This document shows positions 55,979 to 64,000 of a stretch of 64,000 nt of DNA, piece by piece. How positions within the stretch are numbered: position 1 is the stretch's first letter; the number at the start of each line of letters is the position of its first letter. A model generated the notes under the pieces. The model was given only the letters and a program-made list of their open reading frames with translations, did no database searches and was not told the origin of the DNA. The position numbers and the translations under genes were made by a program. Source of the stretch: Muribaculaceae bacterium (lineage in GTDB: Bacteria; Bacteroidota; Bacteroidia; Bacteroidales; Muribaculaceae); contig JAFLTQ010000015.1 of NCBI GenBank assembly GCA_022510385.1, forward strand, positions 1,451 to 65,450. The letters are read 5' to 3'.

Positions 55979-58387
55979 GCGAACCACCGGAATCGTAATA
56001 GTTGCCGGTTTCACTCCTTTAGCTTTTGCAGTGAAAGTTATTTCTCCGGGTTGGTCACCACTCTGCACTATTGCTGTGGCTGCTCCTGAGAAAAGATCCA
56101 TCACAGGCTCATGGAAGGGGCGCAGGCTTGTCGGATCTCCATTGGCGGTAGCCCTGAATTTTCCGGCCCCTTTTGTGGCGAAGCTAACCTCCCTTTCATC
56201 GGTCGGCACTATATTCCCATCCTTATCTGCCACTTGAACTGTGATATAGACTAAATCTTCTCCATCAGCAGTCAAAGAATTCCGGTTGGGCGTCAATACA
56301 AGATGATGAGGCTTTCCTGCTGTCTTGATAGTTTTACGACCTGTCTCATTCCCATTATCATCATATGCAACTACCATAACTTCTCCGGGTTCATAAACTA
56401 CGTCATTCCACATGAGTCGGTAACGTTCCATGTTGCTGCCTCCTTTCTTCTTTTCCCTGACTCCCTGACTCTTGCCATTGATGAATAGTTCTGCTTTCGG
56501 AGAATTTGTATAGACAAACACCGGAGTGATCTCGCCCTCTCTTCCTTCCCAATTCCAATGAGGAAGGATATGAAGGGTGTTGTCTTCTTTATTCCATTGT
56601 GAACGATATAGGTAATATCGGTCTTTCGGTATAGATGCAAGGTCGATAATGCCGAAGTATGAGCTATGGCTGGGCCAAGCATCAGTGTCGTAAGGATAAG
56701 GCTCTCCCAGATAATCAAAACCGGTCCATACGAATTGGCCGATATTGTAGGGGAGGTCATCATCCACTGCAAAATCATCATCCGGAATATTGCTCCAGGT
56801 TGCTGCCTCTATATCGTAGCTGCTCGATTGATTGTCATCGCGCATGATGCCTTTACCCACTTCCACCGGGAAATAATATTTACCACGGCTTGATACAGTA
56901 GAGGCTGTCTCTGTGCCCAACAGAAGTTTTTGTGGCAACTTCTGATATGCCTCATCATAACGATTCACCTTATAATTGAAACTCGGGATATCCGTCGAGG
57001 CGGCAAAACCATTATTAACCACGGCATCAAACTGGTCCATACCGTTTGTAACCGGGCGTGTGGGATCCTCTCTATGCACTATATCCTGGAGGAAGAGAAG
57101 CTCTGAGATTCCATCAGGTCCCCATTGAGACGGGACCTCGTTACCTACCGACCATATCACTACTGAAGGATTGTTCCTATAGTTTTTGACCATATTGACA
57201 ATATCCTTTTCCGCCCAGTCGTTGAAAAGTGTGCCATATCCATTTTCGCTTTTCGGTCGGAAGCCCCAATCATCAAAGGGTTCAATCATGAGCATGAAAC
57301 CCATTTCATCGGCCAAAGCCACGAGTTCCGGTGCCGGCATATTATGCGATGTCCGAATGGCATTCACCCCCAGATCTTTCATCAATTCCATCTGATAGCG
57401 CAAAGCGGAGGTGTTGACTGCTGCTCCCAATGGCCCAAGGTCATGGTGATTGTTTACTCCCTTAAACTTGGTTAGCTCCCCATTGAGGAAGAATCCTTCG
57501 TCAGGCCTGAATTCTATTGTCCGGATGCCGAAGCGTGTGGCATAGCTGTCTTCTACTTTACCATCTTTTATCACCTTGGTGGTAGCTGTATAAAGTGTCG
57601 GGGTGTTTGGAGTCCATAATGACGGATTATCTACCCGCAGATTCTGATAGACAGGAGCTCCCGGATAGAATTTATAGCTATGAGTGTCGCTGGCAACCTC
57701 TTTACCTTCTGCATCGGTAATAACTGTGTTGAGAGTGAAATTCTCTCCTTTAGAAATTCCTTCCACCTCAGTCTTAAGATGAACATTGGCATACTCTTTC
57801 GAAACGAAAGGAGTGGTCAGATAGGTGCCCCATACAGGGATATGAACCTTATTTCTTTCTATGAGATGTACATTTCTATAAAGGCCGGCCCCGGGATACC
57901 ATCTGGATGATTTGTCGGGATTCTCTAATGAGACTTCCACTTCATTAATGCCCGGCTTGACCACCCCGTCAAGGTCTACATAAAAAGAATTATAACCATA
58001 AGGCCAATAGGCCACATGTTTGTTGTTTACATAGACATTGGCATGGCTCATTGCTCCGTCGAAAAGCAATGCTATGCTCTTGTCGGTGGTGTCTTTAACC
58101 TCGAATGTAGTCTTATAGTAACCTTTGCCAACATAAGGGAGACCACCGGTGCGTCCTGTTTTCCAGGTCTTTTCCGTCTCTCCGTTCTGCTCTATAGCCA
58201 CCTCCTGCAGGTCATTGTTACGGCTAAAAGGCCCGTAGATTGCCCAATCGTGCGGGATGCTTACTTCCTTCCATTGGGTGCTGTCTTTGGAAAATTCCCA
58301 ATTCTTGATAAGAGTGTCGCTCCTTTGGGCATGAAGGGTAGGGACTATAGCAAAAACTGCTGTTATTAAAGCTATAACATTCCTCAT
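55976..58387 (-). CDS. GH2 beta-galactosidase (secreted)
   Basis: Signal peptide; IPHDW, RWYPGAGLYR, FGIR, GVNNHHDLGPLG, IRTSHN, WSVGNE (acid/base), GTET (nucleophile) and FVWTGFDYLGEP. Confidence 0.92.
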   Translation of the reverse strand: MRNVIALITAVFAIVPTLHAQRSDTLIKNWEFSKDSTQWKEVSIPHDWAIYGPFSRNNDLQEVAIEQNGETEKTWKTGRTGGLPYVGKGYYKTTFEVKDTTDKSIALLFDGAMSHANVYVNNKHVAYWPYGYNSFYVDLDGVVKPGINEVEVSLENPDKSSRWYPGAGLYRNVHLIERNKVHIPVWGTYLTTPFVSKEYANVHLKTEVEGISKGENFTLNTVITDAEGKEVASDTHSYKFYPGAPVYQNLRVDNPSLWTPNTPTLYTATTKVIKDGKVEDSYATRFGIRTIEFRPDEGFFLNGELTKFKGVNNHHDLGPLGAAVNTSALRYQMELMKDLGVNAIRTSHNMPAPELVALADEMGFMLMIEPFDDWGFRPKSENGYGTLFNDWAEKDIVNMVKNYRNNPSVVIWSVGNEVPSQWGPDGISELLFLQDIVHREDPTRPVTNGMDQFDAVVNNGFAASTDIPSFNYKVNRYDEAYQKLPQKLLLGTETASTVSSRGKYYFPVEVGKGIMRDDNQSSSYDIEAATWSNIPDDDFAVDDDLPYNIGQFVWTGFDYLGEPYPYDTDAWPSHSSYFGIIDLASIPKDRYYLYRSQWNKEDNTLHILPHWNWEGREGEITPVFVYTNSPKAELFINGKSQGVREKKKGGSNMERYRLMWNDVVYEPGEVMVVAYDDNGNETGRKTIKTAGKPHHLVLTPNRNSLTADGEDLVYITVQVADKDGNIVPTDEREVSFATKGAGKFRATANGDPTSLRPFHEPVMDLFSGAATAIVQSGDQPGEITFTAKAKGVKPATITIPVVR

Positions 58388-58401
58388 AATATCCTAACTT
58401 T

Positions 58402-58429
58402 TATATTCTATATTCTATACTTTAAATTT
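58402..58429 (+). repeat. Degenerate heptamer array at the PFOR/GH2 junction
   Basis: TATATTC TATATTC TATACTT TAAATTT. Confidence 0.65.
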
Positions 58430-58459
58430 CCTCTTTTTCTTCCTTATTTCACAAGAACA

Positions 58460-61400
58460 TCACACTCTCGGTGCCTTCTCTTCATAGACCATAAGGTCGT
58501 AGAGATTGTCGCATCTCTCTTTCAATTCAGGTCTCAGAATATCAGCTTCTTTAGGATCGCGTAGCTTCAAGTCGGCGTATCGGTCTTCTCCGTCGAGGAA
58601 ACCGGCCATGGAATCGTCAGGTTTGGCACAATCCACTGTCAATGGAGTATCTTTGGTAGGATTGTATCGATACAGAGGCCAGTACCCGCATTTCACCGCA
58701 AGTTTCTCCTCGACGATTGAGTGGGACATTCCTGCTCTGATGCCATGATTGATACAGGGACAATAAGCAATAACGATTGAGGGCCCGGAGTAGGAGTCAG
58801 CCTCCTCTAAGGCATTTAATCCCTGAATATAATTGGCACCCAAAGCTATTGATGCGACATATACGAAACCGTAGGTCATCATCATCCTGCCAAGATCTTT
58901 CTTGAAGGTACGTTTCCCATCGTATGAGTATTTTGCTGTCGACCCCAGCGGAGTTGCCTTGGATGTCTGGCCTCCTGTGTTGGAATAACATTCGGTGTCC
59001 ATCACCAAGATATTTACATCGACATTCTGGGCCAGAACATGGTCGAGCCCCGCAAATCCAATATCATATGCCCAGCCATCTCCTCCGATAATCCAGATGC
59101 TCTTCTTGCCAAAGAGATCGTGACATTCAATCATTTCTGTGACATTCGGCAGAGTGGAGTCGGCTGAATATTTCTGCATCACTTGTATAGCCGCCTGTCC
59201 AAGTTTGTAAGATTTCTCCTTGTCATCTTTAACGTCAAGCCAATTTTGCAAGGCTACCTTCAAATCAGCAGGACTCTTTTCATCACTGACAGTCTGAGTT
59301 GCCAGTTCAATTAATCTCTGACGTCGGTGGGCTATGGCTACAGCCATTCCAAACCCATACTCGGCGTTATCCTCGAAGAGGGAATTACCCCATGCGGGCC
59401 CATGTCCGAAGCGGTTAATACAGTAGGCATTACTCGGGAAGTTGGCTCCCCAGATAGAGCTGCATCCTGTGGCGTTAGCAATAAGTAAACGCTCTCCCAT
59501 TAGCTGGGTCATTAGCTTGACGTAGGGAGTCTCGCCGCATCCGGCGCATGCCCCCGAGAACTCCAGGAGAGGCTGATGCATTTGGCTCCCCGCTATAGTG
59601 TTGCGTGGCAAAAGATTATCCTTTATCGTCACATGCTGACGGACATACTCCAACAATGGTATCTGGGTCTCAAGCTGGCTCTCCAATGGCATCATCGTCA
59701 AGGCATGACCGGGACAAATCACAGCACAGGAACCACATCCCACACAATCCTCCGGATAAACCTGTATGCGCCATTGCAATCCTTTTGTCTCATTATATCT
59801 TGCATCTTTGGTAGACATTGCCGCAGGAGCCTTCTCTTTTTCTCCCGCATCCAATAAATATGGCCGGATTGTGGCGTGAGGACAAACGTAGGAACAAAGA
59901 GTGCATTCCACACATTTATCCACATCCCATTGAGGAATATTAATAGCTATCCGACGCTTCTCGTAGGCAGTAGTGCCCATTGGCATCACTCCGTCGGGGG
60001 AGAAAAGGGATACAGGCAACTTATCTCCCTCAAGTTTCATACAAGGATTCGCTATCTCCTTGACATATTCAGGCCACTCGGGATGTTCCTCAGTCTCTTC
60101 GGAGGCATCCATCCAGTCGGAGGGGTAATTTATGGGTGTCAAAGCCTGCAAGGCATCATCTATGGCTGCAAGATTCTGATCCACCACTGCCATCCCTTCA
60201 TGTTTATAGGTGTCGCTGATTAATTCTTTTAATCGAGATATGGAATCCTCGAAGGGCACAATAGGCACCAATTTTAGAAAACTGGTAAGCATTACGGTGT
60301 TGATCCTGACTCCCAAATCATGGGCTGTGGCAATTTTTACTGCGTCAAGATTATAAAGCTTGATTCGCTTCTCGGCTATACCTTTACGTAGAGAGGCCGG
60401 CAGCTTACTATTCATCTCTTCGGCACTCCAGTGACTGTTTATAACCAGAACGCCACCCTCCTTCAAATTCTTGATAATATCGAAACGACTTGTATATGTG
60501 TCTTTATTACACATCACAAAGTCGGCATTCTCTATTCCGTAGGCTGAGCTTACCGGGTCCGGACTTATCCGAAGTTCTGAAATAGTATATCCTCCGGATT
60601 TCTTTGCTGAATAATGGAAATATGCCTGAGCATATAGTTTGTCGGCATTCCCGATTATTTTGGCGGCCATCTTGGTAGCCCCCACTGTACCGTCTGACCC
60701 CATGCCATAGAAAATGGCCTGACTAATATTATCCGGAAGCGTGATGATATGGTCGTCGACTTCTAATGAGAGGTTGGTGACATCGTCGTTAATTCCTATC
60801 GTGAATATATCTTTAGGAGTATCTTTCTTAAGCTCGTCAAATACTCTTTTAGCCATTGAGGGATCAAACTCTTTGCTGCTCAATCCATATCGTCCGCCTA
60901 TCAAAGTCACGTCTCTTTTTGCTTTATATAAAGCTGTTGCGACATCAAGATAAAGAGGTTCTCCGGCTGCTCCAGGCTCCTTGGTGCGGTCGAGCACTGC
61001 TATCGATTTCACGCTTTCCGGAATTGCTGCAAGTAGATGTTTTGCCGAGAAGGGTCTGTAGAGCCTCACTTTTATCAGCCCCGTTTTTTCTCCCTGACGA
61101 TTGAGATAATCCACTGTCTCTTCTATCACATCGCAGCTTGAACCTATAGAGATTATTATGCGGTCGGCATCCGGAGCTCCCACGTAATCAAAAAGATGAT
61201 AATTCTTCCCGACTAACGGTGCAATCTGATCCATCTTTGACTGCACTATATCAGCAAAGGCATCATAATATTTATTGGCAGCCTCTCGATTCTGGAAATA
61301 AACATCCGAGTTTTGAGCCGAACCTCTCAAGTCGGGGTGTTCGGGATTCATGGCCCGATTCCGAAATTCCAACACTTTTTCATGAGGCACAAGTGGCTGT

Positions 61401-61972
61401 AGGTCTTCGTATGGCACCATTGAAATTGTTGACATTTCATTGGATGTTCTCCAACCATCGAAGAAATGGAGCACAGGCACTCTCCCTTCAATAGCAGCAA
61501 GATGAGAAACTATTGCGAGATCGTGAGTCTCTTGCACTGATGCCGATGCAAGGAGGGCAAAGCCTGTGGCCCGACAAGCCATCACGTCTTGATGGTCACC
61601 AAATATACTTAAAGCCTGAGTTGCCAAGGAGCGACACCCCACATGAAATACTCCGGGCAATAGCTCGCCCGATATCTTATACATGTTGGGGATCATAAGC
61701 ATAAGACCCTGGGAGGCTGTGAAAGTGGTGGCGAGCGCGCCGGCGCATAATGCCCCGTGGGTTGCTCCTGCAGCACCTAATTCAGATTCCATCTCTTTCA
61801 CTTGCATTGGACTGCCGTAAAGATTCTTCAATCCTTCGGCGTTCCATTTATCTGCCGTCTCTCCCATGGAGGCGATGGGGGTGATAGGATAAATGGTTGC
61901 AACCTCGCTGAATGCGTATGCGACATAAGTTGCCGCTGTACAACCATCAACTATTTTATTTATGTTCCCCAT
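58460..61972 (-). CDS. nifJ: Pyruvate:ferredoxin (flavodoxin) oxidoreductase, single-chain
   Basis: YPITP, TFTASQGLMLMIPNMYKI, FGDHQDV, two CxxCxxCxxxCP motifs, GACAGCGET and GGDGWAYDIG. Confidence 0.95.
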   Translation of the reverse strand: MGNINKIVDGCTAATYVAYAFSEVATIYPITPIASMGETADKWNAEGLKNLYGSPMQVKEMESELGAAGATHGALCAGALATTFTASQGLMLMIPNMYKISGELLPGVFHVGCRSLATQALSIFGDHQDVMACRATGFALLASASVQETHDLAIVSHLAAIEGRVPVLHFFDGWRTSNEMSTISMVPYEDLQPLVPHEKVLEFRNRAMNPEHPDLRGSAQNSDVYFQNREAANKYYDAFADIVQSKMDQIAPLVGKNYHLFDYVGAPDADRIIISIGSSCDVIEETVDYLNRQGEKTGLIKVRLYRPFSAKHLLAAIPESVKSIAVLDRTKEPGAAGEPLYLDVATALYKAKRDVTLIGGRYGLSSKEFDPSMAKRVFDELKKDTPKDIFTIGINDDVTNLSLEVDDHIITLPDNISQAIFYGMGSDGTVGATKMAAKIIGNADKLYAQAYFHYSAKKSGGYTISELRISPDPVSSAYGIENADFVMCNKDTYTSRFDIIKNLKEGGVLVINSHWSAEEMNSKLPASLRKGIAEKRIKLYNLDAVKIATAHDLGVRINTVMLTSFLKLVPIVPFEDSISRLKELISDTYKHEGMAVVDQNLAAIDDALQALTPINYPSDWMDASEETEEHPEWPEYVKEIANPCMKLEGDKLPVSLFSPDGVMPMGTTAYEKRRIAINIPQWDVDKCVECTLCSYVCPHATIRPYLLDAGEKEKAPAAMSTKDARYNETKGLQWRIQVYPEDCVGCGSCAVICPGHALTMMPLESQLETQIPLLEYVRQHVTIKDNLLPRNTIAGSQMHQPLLEFSGACAGCGETPYVKLMTQLMGERLLIANATGCSSIWGANFPSNAYCINRFGHGPAWGNSLFEDNAEYGFGMAVAIAHRRQRLIELATQTVSDEKSPADLKVALQNWLDVKDDKEKSYKLGQAAIQVMQKYSADSTLPNVTEMIECHDLFGKKSIWIIGGDGWAYDIGFAGLDHVLAQNVDVNILVMDTECYSNTGGQTSKATPLGSTAKYSYDGKRTFKKDLGRMMMTYGFVYVASIALGANYIQGLNALEEADSYSGPSIVIAYCPCINHGIRAGMSHSIVEEKLAVKCGYWPLYRYNPTKDTPLTVDCAKPDDSMAGFLDGEDRYADLKLRDPKEADILRPELKERCDNLYDLMVYEEKAPRV

Positions 61973-62043
61973 GGGTTCTAAGGTTTAGTGATTTGATGGA
62001 ATCAGAAAAAGAAAGTAAATAAGGCAGCTTTCCCTATCTACCT

Positions 62044-62961
62044 TTATTTTTTCATTGTGAAATGGCGTGATGCCAAACGATATCCGTCGGCAAACACTTC
62101 AACAGTATAGTCTCCTGGGGTTAGGGTGGTGTTAACATCCCAATAGACACTCACACTCAGCTCGTCATTTGCATATTCCATCTGCCGTTTGGCTGTGGCT
62201 GCTATTGTTGAGCCATCCATCTCGAAGGAATCGCCTCCTCCAAGCAATACACCTTCCGGAGTCAGAATACGGATATAGAAATCTTTCATCCCGGCGCTCG
62301 CCGTATTATTGGGGCTAACTATAAAACTAACACCCAATTGACGTGCCTTCGTTATATTTTTTTCAACTTTTCCTTTTTTGTTGTAAGCCTGAAATGTCAA
62401 CCCGGTTATATTGAGCTTCTTGGCAAGTTTAACTGTTTGCGTCAGCTCCTTATTTTGGGATGTGGCCTGGGTCACCTGACTTGTCAGCTTCTCATTCTTT
62501 TCGTTCACCTGGGCTATCTCTTGGCGTAATCCCTCATTTTCTTCTCCAAGACGCTTGATTTCTTCGAGATAATGTCTCACAATTCCTTTCAACGTGGCAA
62601 TCTGACCCTCAAGCTCTTTTATTCGTTTACGGTTGGCTGCATTATTCTTTTTCTGCTCGTCAAGCTCTGCCAACAGACCCTCCACTTTCATTCGGGCCTC
62701 GTTATACTGATGAATCAGGGAGTCGTTTTTTAGATAAATCTGCTGATCTTCATATTGGGAGAAATCTGCATTCAACTGATTAAACTCGTTTGTAAGGGCC
62801 AATCTGTCGTTGGCCAATCTCAAACTCTCCATCTCTGCCCGAGCTTCATTCACTTGCTCGGTGCGTTGAGCATTGTTGATGATTAATATTATCACCAACG
62901 CAATAAGACAGAGCACTGCCCCGCCTCCTCCGAATATTATTATTTTTTGCGTTTTGTTCAT
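62044..62961 (-). CDS. Membrane-anchored coiled-coil hypothetical protein with C-terminal beta domain
   Basis: One N-terminal TM helix, long heptad-like region, beta-rich C-terminus (VRI.TPEG, YTVEVFADG). Confidence 0.8.
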   Translation of the reverse strand: MNKTQKIIIFGGGGAVLCLIALVIILIINNAQRTEQVNEARAEMESLRLANDRLALTNEFNQLNADFSQYEDQQIYLKNDSLIHQYNEARMKVEGLLAELDEQKKNNAANRKRIKELEGQIATLKGIVRHYLEEIKRLGEENEGLRQEIAQVNEKNEKLTSQVTQATSQNKELTQTVKLAKKLNITGLTFQAYNKKGKVEKNITKARQLGVSFIVSPNNTASAGMKDFYIRILTPEGVLLGGGDSFEMDGSTIAATAKRQMEYANDELSVSVYWDVNTTLTPGDYTVEVFADGYRLASRHFTMKK

Positions 62962-63043
62962 ACCTATGCAAATATAAGATAAAGCTACTTATTATCCTAA
63001 ATATTTTCCTTCTTATTTGTAAATTTGCATTTTATTAACTGAT

Positions 63044-63556
63044 ATGAGCGATAAAAACATTAATAATCCACGCATTGGCATAATCGTGGCTATCGGTAGG
63101 GATGGTGCTATCGGAAGAAACGGAAATCTCATCTGGAGGATCCCGGCCGACCTGAAAAGATTCAAAGAAATAACATTGGGACATCCCATAATTATGGGTC
63201 GCAAAACCTGGGAGTCACTCCCGAAACGCCCGCTCCCTGGAAGAAGAAACATTATTCTTTCCAAGAATCCGCAATTTATGGCTGAGGGGGCTGAAATCGT
63301 AAGTTCAATTGAACAGGCCCTCGAAATCACTAAAGATGAAACACCCTTTGTAATAGGAGGGGCATCTATATATGAGACTTTCCTACCTTTTGCAGACGGA
63401 CTATATCTCACTGTTGTTGAAGGCTCTTGCGACGATGCTGATGCCTTTTTTAATCCGGACCTTAACGATGGTTGGCAACTAATCGAAGAATCAGAGCCGG
63501 CATCGACTCAGGAGGGCGTTGAATATCGGTATCTGACTTATAGGAGAAAGCCATGA
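63044..63556 (+). CDS. folA: Dihydrofolate reductase
   Basis: IVAI, AIG..G.LIW.IP.DLKRFK..T.GHPIIMGRKTWESLP.RPLPGRRNI and IGGASIY. Confidence 0.97.
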   Translation: MSDKNINNPRIGIIVAIGRDGAIGRNGNLIWRIPADLKRFKEITLGHPIIMGRKTWESLPKRPLPGRRNIILSKNPQFMAEGAEIVSSIEQALEITKDETPFVIGGASIYETFLPFADGLYLTVVEGSCDDADAFFNPDLNDGWQLIEESEPASTQEGVEYRYLTYRRKP

Positions 63557-64000
63557 AAGTGGTTATTATCAATAAAAGTGACACTACAGGTGGAGCAGCA
63601 GTGGTGAGCCGGCGGCTGACGGAGGCTCTCCGCAATGAGGGAGTGGATGCCCGCATGTTGGTGGCAGAAAAATTATCCGATTCACCTTTTGTAGAGTTAG
63701 CCGCTCCCAAATGGAAGATTAAATGGTGCTTTTTATGGGAACGGATTAAAATATTCTGTGCCAATGGCTTCAACCGTTCAACACTCTTTAAGATAGACAC
63801 AGGTGAAATCGGCCTCCCGCTATGGCGACACCCTTTAGTGAAAAATGCCGATGCCATTCTTCTGAATTGGGTCAATCAAGGAATGTTGTCTCTAAATGGG
63901 GTTGGAAGAATTCTGAAATTAGGGAAAACTGTAGTCTGGACCATGCATGATATGTGGGAGATGACAGGAATTTGCCATCATGCGGGAACATGTCTAAATT
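63553..64000 (+). CDS. GT4-family glycosyltransferase (WcaC-like), truncated by the window end
   Basis: Not in the ORF track. ATG 63553 (ATGA overlap with folA): MKVVIINKSDTTGGAAVVSRRLTEAL...ILLNWVNQGMLSL...VWTMHDMWEMTGICHH. Confidence 0.85.
   Translation, partial: MKVVIINKSDTTGGAAVVSRRLTEALRNEGVDARMLVAEKLSDSPFVELAAPKWKIKWCFLWERIKIFCANGFNRSTLFKIDTGEIGLPLWRHPLVKNADAILLNWVNQGMLSLNGVGRILKLGKTVVWTMHDMWEMTGICHHAGTCLN

Noticed and set aside
1-64000. CRISPR array, tRNA/rRNA, IS transposase, prophage or riboswitch
   Set aside because: No repeat-spacer periodicity, tRNA arms, DDE/HUH transposase ORF, phage genes or recognisable aptamer seen by eye; a covariance-model scan was not possible

Overview
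A 64 kb chromosomal backbone segment from a Bacteroidales bacterium. The evidence is TAnnTTTG -7 promoter boxes, T9SS porU/porV and Bacteroides-type ara/gal genes; Muribaculaceae is plausible but only an inference. Left to right it holds: an L-arabinose operon (araB partial, araA, araD, SSS symporter, mutarotase); a divergent polyferredoxin + Tat-lipoprotein aldo/keto reductase + tatA + tatC module; tkt; an ArnT/GT2/LAB_N/PAP2/DJ-1 envelope-modification operon; rnr; a long + strand run (acidic 89-aa protein, purC, ogt, ychF, SprT-like protease, asnB, porU, FAH-like, porV, ispF, tsaE, birA, UPF0104); surE, GT2, mtaB; an orphan promoter-to-terminator unit (candidate sRNA); an aminotransferase and pfkA; an operon of HAD, ribF, lipoprotein, MsbA-like ABC transporter, PurN-like::CD225 fusion and DUF2752; a PepSY-like gene, xerD, deoC, fabF, acpP, aroA; galM, galK, GH2 beta-galactosidase, PFOR; folA and a partial GT4. 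I saw no rRNA, tRNA, CRISPR array, transposase or prophage. The most unusual signals are (1) a catalytically eroded PurN-like domain fused to an IFITM/CD225 membrane domain beside DUF2752, (2) the self-contained Tat redox module with an internal twin-arginine signal, (3) the candidate sRNA, (4) a probable FAH pseudoenzyme between porU and porV, (5) a perfect 29-bp palindrome that mirrors the promoter of the ArnT operon, and (6) recurrent 7-mer arrays at gene junctions. All family assignments come from motif recognition by eye; no database searches were run.
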